Positions 9,872 through 20,462 of a stretch of DNA of 64,000 nt are shown here, piece after piece (the first letter of the stretch is position 1; every line of letters begins with the position of its first letter). The DNA is from an uncultured Pseudomonadota bacterium (GTDB lineage: Bacteria > Pseudomonadota > Alphaproteobacteria > RF32 > CAG-239): assembly GCA_949300375.1 (NCBI GenBank), contig CASGEB010000004.1, forward strand, positions 101 through 64,100, written 5' to 3'. The notes beneath the pieces are model-generated. The model made no database searches. It saw only the letters and a list, made by a program, of their open reading frames with translations, and was not told the origin of the DNA. The translations under genes were made by a program, and so were the position numbers.

Positions 9872-10810
9872 ATGAGAATTTTTAGTTGGATTACCAAAGA
9901 TACGAACATAAATTTTATGGGCGCCAAAAAACTGACTTACGGCATTTCTATCGTCAGCTTTGTCTTGTCGGTTGCTTTGATTGCCGTTAAAGGCTTTAAT
10001 TTCGGCATTGATTTTTCCGGTGGTATTTTGATGGAGATAAAAAGCGAACAGCCTTTTAATTTGACAGAAGTCAGAAACAAACTGGAAAGCGTTAATATCG
10101 GCGAAGTTAATTTGCAGACAATCGGTGATAAAGGGGACGAATTGATGGTTCGTGCCGAGGCGGACAATCTGGATGAAGAAGCGCAGCGCATTGCCGTCAA
10201 AAACATTAAAGATGTTTTGGGAAGCGATGTTGAATATCGCCGGATTGAGACCGTTGGGCCTCAGGTCGGTAATGAGCTGAAAATTGCCGGCGCCGTAGCT
10301 TCATTGATTGCGATACTTGCAATCTCCGCTTATATTTGGGTGCGGTTTGAGTGGCAGTTTGCTCTTGGCGCGCTGCTTGGATTGTTCCACGATGTTGTCA
10401 TCACGCTGGGGCTGCTTTCACTTTTTGATATGGACTTTAGCCTGACAACCATTGCGGCGATTCTGACGCTGGCCGGTTATTCGGTAAACGATACTGTGGT
10501 AACTTATGACCGTATCAGGGAAAATCTGCGCAAATTTACCAAGATGCCGCAGGAAGCGCTGTTGAACAAAAGTATTAACGATATTTTTTCCAGAACGTTG
10601 TTAACTGGTCTGAGTACCATCTTTGCCGCCTTGTCTCTGCTGATTTTTGGCGGAGACACGCTGCGCAGCTTTTCGTTCACCATCGTTTGGGGCGTTGTTG
10701 TCGGAACATATTCTTCAATTTATGTTTCGGCCGTTATCCTGAACTTGTTCGACTTGCGCAAAACGCAGGAAGCCGCTAAAAACGTCAACCCGTTTGGCAA
10801 TGTTGAATAA
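9872..10810 (+). CDS. secF: protein translocase subunit SecF
   Basis: 312 aa with GIDFSGG and a C-terminal TM block. Follows secD. Confidence 0.95.
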   Translation: MRIFSWITKDTNINFMGAKKLTYGISIVSFVLSVALIAVKGFNFGIDFSGGILMEIKSEQPFNLTEVRNKLESVNIGEVNLQTIGDKGDELMVRAEADNLDEEAQRIAVKNIKDVLGSDVEYRRIETVGPQVGNELKIAGAVASLIAILAISAYIWVRFEWQFALGALLGLFHDVVITLGLLSLFDMDFSLTTIAAILTLAGYSVNDTVVTYDRIRENLRKFTKMPQEALLNKSINDIFSRTLLTGLSTIFAALSLLIFGGDTLRSFSFTIVWGVVVGTYSSIYVSAVILNLFDLRKTQEAAKNVNPFGNVE

Positions 10811-10828
10811 AAAGGTCTGATTTATCCC

Positions 10829-10872
10829 ACGGCGGAAATAAGGTTTTTCCTTATATTCCGCCGTTTTTTTAT
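10829..10872 (+). terminator. terminator after secF
   Basis: ~15-bp stem ACGGCGGAAATAAGG / CCTTATATTCCGCCGT followed by TTTTTTT. Confidence 0.7.
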
Positions 10873-10927
10873 TTTGCTGTTGAAAAACGCAAAAGTCTGT
10901 GCTACATCATTATTATGATTTGAAACC

Positions 10928-11302
10928 ATGGATGTTGTAATGATTATTGATGGTAACAATAAAAAACAAAGAAGCATATTAACAAATAAATGTTTCTATC
11001 AGACAACCGCAAAAATTATGCATGACTTTGAACAAAAAGGCTATGCAAACTCGGCCGACGAAACTTTAAAAGTCATCTCTGCCTATCATGAAATCGTCAA
11101 GAAAAAATCCCGCAATCATTATAATAATGACTATAACGCAGCTTTTCAAAAAATAGATGAAGCGATTGACAGCCTTGCTAACAAAGTCTTTTATGATTAT
11201 GATAAAAAACGCCATGATGTTGCCTACCGGTCTTTTGAAGAGTTTGACTATGTAGGCGCCATCGTCAACCGGCAGCTCTCTAAAAAAAGCAGCCTGTCTT
11301 AA
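10928..11302 (+). CDS. hypothetical protein (124 aa)
   Basis: ORF only; no recognised motif. Confidence 0.4.
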   Translation: MDVVMIIDGNNKKQRSILTNKCFYQTTAKIMHDFEQKGYANSADETLKVISAYHEIVKKKSRNHYNNDYNAAFQKIDEAIDSLANKVFYDYDKKRHDVAYRSFEEFDYVGAIVNRQLSKKSSLS

Positions 11303-11426
11303 AAATTCTTCGTCATCTTTCTTTTTTCAATTTATGGCAATAAGTCAATTAAAGCGTTTGCCAATCTTCATAGAATATCCTATAAAATAACTATTACAAT
11401 TCTTGAACTTTTATAAAGGACGAGCC

Positions 11427-12404
11427 ATGAAAAAAATTTCATTAATCGGATGTGGGCGCTGGGGAACGTTTTTGGGCTGGTATGCCGGAAATTATGCCGG
11501 GTTTGAGCAGGTTGATATGTATGATATCCCGACTTCTCCGAATTTTATCGAACTTCGGGATACGCGTAAGAATGCTTATCTTAAACTTTCTGACAATATG
11601 GTGCTGCACGAGGACGTGGCAGAAGTTTTGAAAAATGATATTATAATCATTTCAATCGGCTGCCAGCATCTCCGGTCTCTGGCGCGCCAACTGAACGGTT
11701 ACGATTTGTCGGGCAAGACCTTTCTTTTGGCGATGAAAGGCTTGGAAGAACCGAGTGCCAAAACCCTGCAGCAGGTATTTCAGGAAGAAATCAAACAAAA
11801 TATTCACGTCGCGATTATTGTCGGCCCCGGCCATGTTCAGGATTATATGAAAGGCGTTCCGTCCTGTGCGGTAATTGACAGTTATGAGCCCGAAACCAAA
11901 GACCGGCTGATTAAGCTTCTGTCCAGCAATCTGATTCGTTTTTATTATGGAACGGATATGGTTGGCAATCAAATCGGTGCCGCTCTGAAAAATGTTGTCG
12001 GCATCGCCGCCGGCATTCTGGACGGGCTGGAATGGTATGGGCTGAAAGGGGCGCTGATGGCCAGAGCGCCGATAGAAGTCGGCCGTTTTATCAAGCATTT
12101 CGGCGGCAATCCGCAAAATGCTTACGGTCTGGCTCACTTGGGCGACTATGAGGCCACTTTGTTCTCCCCGCACAGCCATAACCGCAAATTCGGCGAAATG
12201 TTTGCCAAAGGGGAGAATTTCGGCAAGCTGGCAGAAGGCGTGGCTACATTAAAAGCCGTAAAACTGATTGCCGACGAGCAGGGTATTGATATGCCGATTT
12301 GTCAGGCGCTGTATAAAGCGGTATATGAAAAAGCCGATATTAAAGAAGTTTTAAAATCAATGTTTGAAAGAAATTTGAAAAGCGAATTTGATATAATTTG
12401 TTAA
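11427..12404 (+). CDS. gpsA: NAD(P)H-dependent glycerol-3-phosphate dehydrogenase, divergent
   Basis: Start moved to the ATG after AAAGGA. Has IGCGRWGT Rossmann, NQIGAALKNVVGIAAG and GDYEATLFSPHSHNRKFG motifs. Confidence 0.8.
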   Translation: MKKISLIGCGRWGTFLGWYAGNYAGFEQVDMYDIPTSPNFIELRDTRKNAYLKLSDNMVLHEDVAEVLKNDIIIISIGCQHLRSLARQLNGYDLSGKTFLLAMKGLEEPSAKTLQQVFQEEIKQNIHVAIIVGPGHVQDYMKGVPSCAVIDSYEPETKDRLIKLLSSNLIRFYYGTDMVGNQIGAALKNVVGIAAGILDGLEWYGLKGALMARAPIEVGRFIKHFGGNPQNAYGLAHLGDYEATLFSPHSHNRKFGEMFAKGENFGKLAEGVATLKAVKLIADEQGIDMPICQALYKAVYEKADIKEVLKSMFERNLKSEFDIIC

Positions 12405-12419
12405 AGAAAAATGCCGGGG

Positions 12420-13088
12420 TTAATCTCCGGCATTTTCTGCATTATGGTCGAGCATTTCCTGACGGTCATAAATTTCTTCAAAAACCGTAATGGCTTCCGT
12501 GCAGTCTTTGACCAGTTTCTGCCGGGTTTCCGGATGGTCGTTGTCATTAATGATTTTGCGCAAAATTTCCATTTCCTGCGCCTGCATGGCCGGATTCTCT
12601 TCAATCAGTTCTCCTGTCAGTTTCTGATATTTTTGATTGGCAATCCGAAGAATATCTATGCCGCCGGCTTCGTTTCCGGCATCATATTGCGACAAAAACA
12701 GCAAATTGGCGCAAAGGGCGTATTGATCTTTAAGCTCGGTAAAGCCGAGAATGCTTTGCGGTTCTTCGCTGTTTTCTTGAACTTCCGCATTTTCGCGTTG
12801 TGCCGGCAAATTCTTTTCAGGCAAAGAATTTCTGCTGATTGTATATCCGATTAAAGCCAGAAGGGCAATTACGGCCGCGATAATATAAATTTCGTAAGGT
12901 TTTAACTTTATTGGCGCCGGCTCGGCATTTATCTTCGGCTGGTCTGCCAAAAAAGTCTTTTCCTTTTCCGTTGTCTGAGCATTATCGGCTGCCGGTGTTG
13001 TTTGGGGCGTGTCCTTTAACCGGGAATTCTTATTGTGCCGCGTTGTTTTTCCTTTTTTCTGAGTCTTTTTTGCTGTATTTTCTGCCAT
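12420..13088 (-). CDS. hypothetical single-pass membrane protein with basic N-terminus
   Basis: 222 aa, one TM helix (IYIIAAVIALLALIGY), no recognised domain. Confidence 0.5.
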   Translation of the reverse strand: MAENTAKKTQKKGKTTRHNKNSRLKDTPQTTPAADNAQTTEKEKTFLADQPKINAEPAPIKLKPYEIYIIAAVIALLALIGYTISRNSLPEKNLPAQRENAEVQENSEEPQSILGFTELKDQYALCANLLFLSQYDAGNEAGGIDILRIANQKYQKLTGELIEENPAMQAQEMEILRKIINDNDHPETRQKLVKDCTEAITVFEEIYDRQEMLDHNAENAGD

Positions 13089-13293
13089 TATGATTTTCCT
13101 CGCCTGATTGGATTTTCTGTTTCAATCTATCGCGGAATTTTCCGGGAATCAATAGGGAAGCGTTTTGTGCAATACGAAATTTTTAATGCTGCAAAATTAT
13201 ACATACTTGATTATACTTTCTGACATTCTGAATTTGCATTAATTTGAAATTAATCTAAAATCAAGCGCAAATTTAATCTTAGAGGACTGCATA

Positions 13294-13968
13294 ATGATGA
13301 AAAAGTATTTTTTGTCGCCGCTTTTTATGCCGGTGTTTATATTGCTTTTATGGTTGCTTATACAAGATTTCGTTTGGGCTTTTTTTCCGGATTCCTTGCC
13401 GGCAATTGCGCAGGATGGCGGTTTGATTGAGCATTGCACGCATTCCTTATATGTGTTGATGCTGCTTTCATTTATTTTATGCTATAAAGATTTTTCCCGC
13501 AACCGGAGCGATTATTTCGCTTTTGTCTTTTTAGGAATTTGCGCCTTTTTAAGAGAGGCGGGAATACAGCATCACTTAACCAGCCATGACACGACGCCGT
13601 TTAAGTCGCGTTTCTTCACCAATCCCGCCAATCCTTTGGAAGAAAAAATCCTTTTTGGGTTTGTTTTATTGGTCATCTTTGGAATAATCGCCTGGCTGGC
13701 CGTAAAATATGCCCGTTTTCTGGTAAATTCCTTTTTGAAGTTTCGGTTAATCGGCTGGTCTGCCGCCGTTTTGTGCACAATGCTGGTTCTTTCCAAATTT
13801 GTAGACCGTTTCCCGGCAAATTTCCGGCACTATACCGGAGAATATTTAAATCCGGAAATAAGAAACAACCTGATGCTGATTGAAGAAACCGGTGAAATGC
13901 TGCTGCCGCTGATTGCCACAATTTTTCTGCTGCAGTATCATCTGTTGCAAAAGCAGCGTAAGGATTAG
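13294..13968 (+). CDS. hypothetical polytopic membrane protein
   Basis: 224 aa with about 6 hydrophobic helices. Confidence 0.5.
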   Translation: MMKKYFLSPLFMPVFILLLWLLIQDFVWAFFPDSLPAIAQDGGLIEHCTHSLYVLMLLSFILCYKDFSRNRSDYFAFVFLGICAFLREAGIQHHLTSHDTTPFKSRFFTNPANPLEEKILFGFVLLVIFGIIAWLAVKYARFLVNSFLKFRLIGWSAAVLCTMLVLSKFVDRFPANFRHYTGEYLNPEIRNNLMLIEETGEMLLPLIATIFLLQYHLLQKQRKD

Positions 13969-15908
13969 TCCCGCCCGCTGCTGCGGGAAAGGTCAATCCC
14001 TTTTTTCCTCATATCCTTCAGCAGCATATCAAAATCTCGGCGCAGCGGATCTGTAGCTTCCAGCTCTTTGCGGTAACGGGCGCCGATATCGCTGGAAGCT
14101 TCTTTATATTGGGTGAGGTTTTGCAGCGCTTTCATGCAGTTTCCTGAAGCAATGCCGGCAATTCTTTCAAGCTTTTGTTGCTCAATATCGTCAAAAGTGG
14201 AAGATTTAAAATCTTCGCTGTAAGAACTGTCTGGGTCAGAGAAAATAAACTTTGCCTGCAAACGGTTTTTCTCGGCAATTTTTCTGTATTTTTCCATCAG
14301 CCCGAACATATTTCTGTTTTGTCTGCCCGCAATATTTTGATAAGCTTGTCGTATTGTCGGGGCGTGAAAAACTTGCGTAAGATAAAAATGATCAAATTCC
14401 GCTGCCGGGAACTCTGCCGCCGGACTGTCGGTCAATTCGTTAAACTTCAAAATTTCATAACATAGCGGGGTTTTATAAAAGCCGCATTGTTCTTCAAAAC
14501 TCATATCATTAAGATACCGCTGAGCCTTTTGGTCTGCCCAGTTGATAAAATCAATTTCTTGCGGTGCAATGCCGATCTCTCTATCCGCCATTTTGTCTTC
14601 AAATTTCCGGTTAAATCCGTTCAGCAGCTTCTGCAGCGCCTCGCCCGGAACATATTTGCTGTTCTCAATCTCATCAACCAACGACTGCGTTTCAGCTTGA
14701 ACTTTGGGACATTTTCCTCTGCTTTGCTGCATATTTTTTTGCAACCGTCGTAAAATAACAATATTGCTCTCTGAAATTTCCTTTTTATCTCTGCTTTTAT
14801 AAGTAATAACCTTGTCATAACTTTGAAGCTCGAGTGCGGCGTTGCTTTTTCCCAGAGCTTTGATAATTTTATCTGTCGGTGCATTGCCGCGGTTGTCATA
14901 AAAAGCAACCATTTGGTCGATAATTTCATTAACGCCGCGGATTTCATCATGAATCAAATCCCGCAGTCCGCCGTATGTACGGCTCAGGGCAATGCCGTCC
15001 TGCCGGTTGCTTTGAAAAATATCAAAATCCGTAGCCGGAAGCTCTCTGGCGATTGTTCGCAGTTCGTGAATATTTCCCGGTGTAACTCGGCTGGTATAAG
15101 CCTGATAAGTATAATCTCCGATTCCGTAGGTATGGTTTTGCGTCCCGTACATATTGGTCTGTTTGCAAAACAGCGAGTCCGGATTGGCGAGCGCTTCCGG
15201 CAGCACATTATGCACCAGTCCGTGATAAGTTGTTTCGCTCAAACGCTGTGAGCGGTCGGAATAAATTGTATAAAAGGCGGAGTTAAGCGTTTTTAACAAA
15301 GGGGTGTCAACCTTGTGCGCCAACATTTCCTGCAGATATTTTAGCTGCATGGCTTTAAAATTGCGGCTGTTTTCATAATCCACGCTATAAACGTTTCTTA
15401 AAAGGGGGGAGATTTCCTCGGCGTCATCATCCCGATTGGCAAATTTATTCAGAATGGATAAGGCATTTTCAAAAACTATCTCCGGTTTTTCGGGACATAA
15501 AAAATCGGCACATTTGGAAACGCCGGGCAAAATTTCGCCGGACAAGTCTCTGTAACTTTCGTCAAAATGATATTTTTGCTGCAATTCTCTGTAAATTTTT
15601 GAATATGTCAGACAACGGCTGATTAGTTCTTTATCATCTGAGTTGATTAAGGCCAGATAAGTGTTGCAGCCGCCAAAAGTACAAATATCTCTGTTGGAAA
15701 TTGGCTCTTTTCTAAAGAAATCTTCAAACCCCAGATTATAAAGAATTTTCGCAGTTTTTTCCGAAAACAGGGCGCATTCGGTTTTTTCTTCATATCCAAA
15801 GGAATCCGGATTTATGTCAGAATAAAAATAGTTTCGGGCAATATGGCGGACAATCTCATCCATCCCGTTATTCTGCCAGTTTTGTAAAGCTTCTTGTCGC
15901 GAAATCAT
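13965..15908 (-). CDS. hypothetical 647-aa protein
   Basis: Long ORF with no recognised motif. Confidence 0.6.
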   Translation of the reverse strand: MISRQEALQNWQNNGMDEIVRHIARNYFYSDINPDSFGYEEKTECALFSEKTAKILYNLGFEDFFRKEPISNRDICTFGGCNTYLALINSDDKELISRCLTYSKIYRELQQKYHFDESYRDLSGEILPGVSKCADFLCPEKPEIVFENALSILNKFANRDDDAEEISPLLRNVYSVDYENSRNFKAMQLKYLQEMLAHKVDTPLLKTLNSAFYTIYSDRSQRLSETTYHGLVHNVLPEALANPDSLFCKQTNMYGTQNHTYGIGDYTYQAYTSRVTPGNIHELRTIARELPATDFDIFQSNRQDGIALSRTYGGLRDLIHDEIRGVNEIIDQMVAFYDNRGNAPTDKIIKALGKSNAALELQSYDKVITYKSRDKKEISESNIVILRRLQKNMQQSRGKCPKVQAETQSLVDEIENSKYVPGEALQKLLNGFNRKFEDKMADREIGIAPQEIDFINWADQKAQRYLNDMSFEEQCGFYKTPLCYEILKFNELTDSPAAEFPAAEFDHFYLTQVFHAPTIRQAYQNIAGRQNRNMFGLMEKYRKIAEKNRLQAKFIFSDPDSSYSEDFKSSTFDDIEQQKLERIAGIASGNCMKALQNLTQYKEASSDIGARYRKELEATDPLRRDFDMLLKDMRKKGIDLSRSSGRD

Positions 15909-15970
15909 AAATAGGCTCCTGCCGGTTGCTGTTCATTTCACTATATCACAAAGCGATTCTATGAACAAGA

Positions 15971-16000
15971 AAAAACAGCCTGTCCGAACAGGCTGTTTTT
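15971..16000 (-). terminator. terminator downstream of tRNA-Val
   Basis: AAAAACAGCCTGT-ccgaa-CAGGCTGTTTTT, a perfect palindromic hairpin. Confidence 0.7.
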
Positions 16001-16006
16001 AAGAAT

Positions 16007-16081
<75 letters not shown>

Positions 16082-16237
16082 GTCAATATCCAAGATATAT
16101 AAAGGATGAAAATTAAAAAGGCAAGAAAATTTTTTATAAAAATTAAAATTGCCGTCAAAATATGCCCTCGTTTGGCTTTTTTATAAGCTTTGTTATCAAA
16201 AATTTAATGATTTTTTGCCATAATATCCACTCAAACA

Positions 16238-17143
16238 ATGAAAGGACTGGATGTGGCCGTAAAAAAACTGGATTTCAAAGTAGACTATTCCAAGCTTAAA
16301 ATCTTTACCGAATACAATACCAAAGATTTTGTGTATCCGGTTGTTTTGTCTTCGCCGCACAGCGGTAACGACTTTCCGGCTGAATTTTTGGCGCATAGCT
16401 GTCTGGAGGAAAACGAACTCCGGATGTCGGAAGATTGTTTTGTCGATGAATTGGTACGCGGAGCGTCCGATGCCGGAATGCCGATGATTGCCATGAATAT
16501 TCCCCGGACGTTTATTGATGTCAACCGCGACAAAATTGAAATTGACGATACAATGTATTTCAACCATCCCCAGCCGCAAAACAATGCCGGGGGCAGCCGC
16601 CGTTGCCGGGTCGGTTTAGGCGTTATTCACCGCATCGTCGCCCAGAACAAAAATATTTATGACGGTTTGCTTTCTTATGATGAGGTTCAGGAACGCATAA
16701 AAAACGTATATGATGTTTATCATAAAAGGTTAAAACAGCTGGTAGACCGCTGTACCAAAAAATTCGGTTTCTGCCTTTTGGTAGACTGTCATTCCATGCC
16801 GTCTAAAATCTGCCGGATTATGGCGGAAGAGCGCCCGGTGGAATTTTGCCTTTGCACGCTTTTTGATGAAAGCTGCCCGCCGCGCATATCCTCCCGGTTG
16901 TATGAGGCGCTTGCCAAAGACGGCTACCGGGTGGAATATAACCGTCCTTACGCCGGCGCTTATATAACTTTTAATTATTGTCAGCCAAGAAAAAATATCT
17001 ATACATTGCAATTAGAGATAAACAGGCGTCTTTATATGGATGAAAATGTGTATAAAAAAACAAAGAATTTTCAAAAAGTTAGTGATGACGTCTGCGAGTC
17101 CCTGACGGCTCTGGGAAAATTTTTGCTAGACTCTCCGAAATAA
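16238..17143 (+). CDS. N-formylglutamate amidohydrolase family protein
   Basis: VVLSSPHSGNDFP...IPRTFIDVNRD matches the FGase family pattern. Confidence 0.7.
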   Translation: MKGLDVAVKKLDFKVDYSKLKIFTEYNTKDFVYPVVLSSPHSGNDFPAEFLAHSCLEENELRMSEDCFVDELVRGASDAGMPMIAMNIPRTFIDVNRDKIEIDDTMYFNHPQPQNNAGGSRRCRVGLGVIHRIVAQNKNIYDGLLSYDEVQERIKNVYDVYHKRLKQLVDRCTKKFGFCLLVDCHSMPSKICRIMAEERPVEFCLCTLFDESCPPRISSRLYEALAKDGYRVEYNRPYAGAYITFNYCQPRKNIYTLQLEINRRLYMDENVYKKTKNFQKVSDDVCESLTALGKFLLDSPK

Positions 17144-17379
17144 TAATGCTATAAACACCCTTGTTTTTAAGCTTATCTTGTTTATATGGTAAGCGTTAAG
17201 TTGCTTTATTTTGTATATTGCATGCCGCTCGTTTGATATGTTTGCGGCGTTATAGATAACAAATAGGAGTTTATACTTAAATTTTTTTAACCAACCTCAA
17301 AATAGATAGTATAAATTAAGTTTACATCATGCCGTTAGCAGATTGAAATTGGCTGCATTGCCGCAGACGAAGGATATTT

Positions 17380-18174
17380 GTGGCGTTTTGGGGGAGAAGA
17401 GGGATACGTTTGAGCGTGTCAAAGTTTTTAATGTTTTTTTTAATTGTGCTGATGTTGATTCAGCCCGTACAGGCAAAAGCCGTTGAAAAAGCTGTTGCTG
17501 ACGATGCGATTGCCTGCCTGAACGCCACCACTAAATTAGAAGAAAAATACCAGATTAAAGAACATTTGCTGACCACAATCTCCAGTGTCGAAACGGGGCG
17601 TTGGAACGCAAAAATGCAGCAGAGCCTCGCCTGGCCCTGGACTGTCAACTCCCAAGGAAAGGGAACTTATTACAAAACCAAAGCCGAAGCAATTCAAGCC
17701 GTTAAAAAACTTCAGGCGCAGGGCGTCAGAAGCATAGATGTCGGCTGTATGCAGATTAATCTGGCTTATCATCCGGATGCTTTCAAAAATCTTGAAGAGG
17801 CTTTCGATCCGTATAAAAACGCCGAATATGCCGCAAAATTTTTGAAAAACTTATATGAAAGCCGCGACAACGATTGGATTAAAGCCGCAATGGCTTATCA
17901 TTCCAGCGTTCCTAAAAAGGCTTTGCGTTACAAAAACAAATTGGTGTCTGCTTACGAAAAAGTAAAACAGGCGCATAATACAATGGAACTTAAAAAATTG
18001 GCATCAATGGCCGAACCTGATGGCAAACAGTTGAAAAAGATTGCGCGCAAAAGCTCTTCAGGACTTCGCCCTGTTCCTGCAAATGCCGAACGTGAGGCTC
18101 GTCTGATTGCAGACTCCAAGGCCTGGCGTGAAGCAAAGCTGGAAGAATACCGCCAAAACAAAAATATTAGATAG
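17380..18174 (+). CDS. lytic transglycosylase (SLT domain) with signal peptide
   Basis: ISSVETGRW...WPWTVNSQGKG...IDVGCMQINLAYH is typical of alphaproteobacterial SLT proteins. Start codon uncertain. Confidence 0.75.
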   Translation: MAFWGRRGIRLSVSKFLMFFLIVLMLIQPVQAKAVEKAVADDAIACLNATTKLEEKYQIKEHLLTTISSVETGRWNAKMQQSLAWPWTVNSQGKGTYYKTKAEAIQAVKKLQAQGVRSIDVGCMQINLAYHPDAFKNLEEAFDPYKNAEYAAKFLKNLYESRDNDWIKAAMAYHSSVPKKALRYKNKLVSAYEKVKQAHNTMELKKLASMAEPDGKQLKKIARKSSSGLRPVPANAEREARLIADSKAWREAKLEEYRQNKNIR

Positions 18175-18186
18175 AAAACAAGGATT

Positions 18187-19719
18187 GTGAACGGGTGTAA
18201 GGATATAGGCCTGTATTGGCAGCCTCTCGGCGGCAATAATGTTGACCAGATAAGCGGCCATTGCTACAGATATATTGATTGCACCCGTTCTGCATCCGGA
18301 TTGCGGACTTGCAGCATTCTTGTCGATGTCGGAAAATACGATAACTATTCGGCTCTCGGCGTTCCCTGTGCCGATACGGCCGTTCCGGATATCCGCGGAT
18401 TTTTGCCGCCTTCTTCTCAGGCGGTTTCCGCAGTTTTTATCACGCATTCCCATCCCGATCATTTAAATGGTCTGGCGCATTATCTGAAACTCGGCTATTG
18501 TTTTCCGCCGGTTTATATGAGCCGTTATACCCGGATGATTTTTGAAGACCTGCTGAAAGATTTTGGAATACCTTCTTCGGCCTGTCCGCCGATTGTGGAG
18601 ATTCGTCCGCGCGATGTTATAACAATCGGCAGTATGACAATCGAAGCCGTTGCGGCCTCGCATACTTGTTTTGATTCTCTCGGCTTTATCATAAAATCAA
18701 CAAACGGAACGGTTTATCATACCGGAGATTTCAAAGCCGACGACAGCATTTATTTCCGCCGCCCGACGGATTTTTCTCGTTTGGCGGAGTTGTCTGGAAA
18801 AGTTGATTGTATGGTTGCCGATTGCTGCCGCCTGATGGATGACGGTCTTGCCCCGAAAGAGAGCGATACTTTCAAGAAAATGGTAGAGCTGGTGTGCAAA
18901 AGCGGCAAGTCTAAAATATTTATTCCGGTCTATCCGACCCATCCCGAAATGTATGTCATAGCATTTCTGGCGGCCTTAAAGCTCAAAAAGAATGTTGTCT
19001 TTTACGGCACGCGCGATTTTTATATCTACCTCAATCTGATGATAGAATACGGTCTGGATTTTAGAAAGCTGGCAAAAAAACGGATAAAAGTTATTTATCA
19101 TCCTGATTTCGGCTTGGAAGAATTGGGCGACAATTATGTGGTTATCGGAACATATAACCATATCGGGCGTGAGTTTTCCATCTGCCGGAAAGACAGCTTT
19201 GCCGTTATCACGGCCAGAACGTTTTTCAACCCGTTGCGCGGACAATTAAACCTGCATGGCATCAAATTCGCCAGCGTCATTGAGGAGCCGCTTTTGCAGG
19301 GTTACGGCCACGGTTTTCTCGGCGATATCGTAAAAATGAGCAATATTTTGCAGGCGCCGCTGTTAATTCCAACCCACTGTCCGGCCTATGTAACGGATTA
19401 TTTTCGGGAACTGGCGCCGCTGCTGGGTATAAAACTGATAAGCCGGACGCCGTTAAACGGCAATATTTTCAAAATTTCAAACCGGGAATGTGTAAAAATC
19501 GCCGACAGCGTTGCGAAATGGCTGGTCGTTAGTTATGATAACCCCGCCCGAAAATTGACCGAAGTTGCGCAAAAACCGACGTCCGGCCTGGGATTTTTAA
19601 AAAGAACCATCAGCCGGAAACGATGCCAAAGGAAGTTCAAAATAATTCGGCACCGGTTGGAGAAGGAAATCTGTAATGCTGAAAAAACTCAAAAAAGACT
19701 ATCTGATTCGCAGCTATGA
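18187..19719 (+). CDS. metallo-beta-lactamase fold hydrolase, divergent RNase J-like
   Basis: HSHPDH (HxHxDH) motif. N-terminal PLGG...ILVDVG and the length are consistent with the RNase J architecture. GTG start. Confidence 0.55.
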   Translation: MNGCKDIGLYWQPLGGNNVDQISGHCYRYIDCTRSASGLRTCSILVDVGKYDNYSALGVPCADTAVPDIRGFLPPSSQAVSAVFITHSHPDHLNGLAHYLKLGYCFPPVYMSRYTRMIFEDLLKDFGIPSSACPPIVEIRPRDVITIGSMTIEAVAASHTCFDSLGFIIKSTNGTVYHTGDFKADDSIYFRRPTDFSRLAELSGKVDCMVADCCRLMDDGLAPKESDTFKKMVELVCKSGKSKIFIPVYPTHPEMYVIAFLAALKLKKNVVFYGTRDFYIYLNLMIEYGLDFRKLAKKRIKVIYHPDFGLEELGDNYVVIGTYNHIGREFSICRKDSFAVITARTFFNPLRGQLNLHGIKFASVIEEPLLQGYGHGFLGDIVKMSNILQAPLLIPTHCPAYVTDYFRELAPLLGIKLISRTPLNGNIFKISNRECVKIADSVAKWLVVSYDNPARKLTEVAQKPTSGLGFLKRTISRKRCQRKFKIIRHRLEKEICNAEKTQKRLSDSQL

Positions 19720-20407
19720 ATGTGATAAAAACGGCGAGCTGCGCTTAATCACGTTAATGAATATTTTTCAGGACATTGCCGACAATCATATTGCAGATAT
19801 GGGACTCGGACTGGATTACTGCCGGGAACAGGGACTTGCCTGGGTTGGGACGAATTATCATATTCACATCGGCCGCCTGCCGAAATTTCATGAAAAAATC
19901 ACGGTTCTGACCTGGCCGTCGGCAGAAAAGAAACTGGGGAAAATACGGGATTTTATTGTGGCTGACAGCCGCGGAGAAAATATCATAACGGCTTCCAGCC
20001 AGTGGCTTCTGATAGATTTTCACAAAAAACGCCCGCTTGTTTCCCGGGAAGGGCTGCCGGCATATCAGGTTATTCCCGAACGGGCGCTGCAGACTGATTT
20101 CCCGAAAATAGCCGATGTTTTGCGTGTTGATTGCCGGATGGAGTTCAACGTCCGCTTTGACGATATCGATTTCAACAAGCATGTGAACAATGCCGTCTAT
20201 CCGTTATGGGCGGCAGAGGCCGTCGGAACGGGTTTTCGCACCGCCCACACGCCGGAAGAAATTGAAATTGCATTTGAAAAAGAGTGCCGCTTGGGAGAAA
20301 AGGTTATTGTCGAAACCGAACGCGACAGACAGATATCGCTGCACCGCATTTGCTCCCTGAATGACGGGCGCGAACTGGCTCGTGTAAAGATTGCTTGGAA
20401 AATGTAA
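19676..20407 (+). CDS. acyl-ACP thioesterase family protein
   Basis: Double hot-dog pattern: YLIRSYECD...LAWVGTNYHI... and FNKHVNNAVY. Confidence 0.75.
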   Translation: MLKKLKKDYLIRSYECDKNGELRLITLMNIFQDIADNHIADMGLGLDYCREQGLAWVGTNYHIHIGRLPKFHEKITVLTWPSAEKKLGKIRDFIVADSRGENIITASSQWLLIDFHKKRPLVSREGLPAYQVIPERALQTDFPKIADVLRVDCRMEFNVRFDDIDFNKHVNNAVYPLWAAEAVGTGFRTAHTPEEIEIAFEKECRLGEKVIVETERDRQISLHRICSLNDGRELARVKIAWKM

Positions 20408-20462
20408 AAAAATACTCTATATATAAAACTAAAGTTACAAAATCAAAATTAGAGAGAAGAAA

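Noticed and set aside
18187-19719. Naming this gene rnj outright
   Set aside because: Only the HxHxDH motif and the overall length support it. The N-terminal and beta-CASP motifs are too divergent to confirm by eye.
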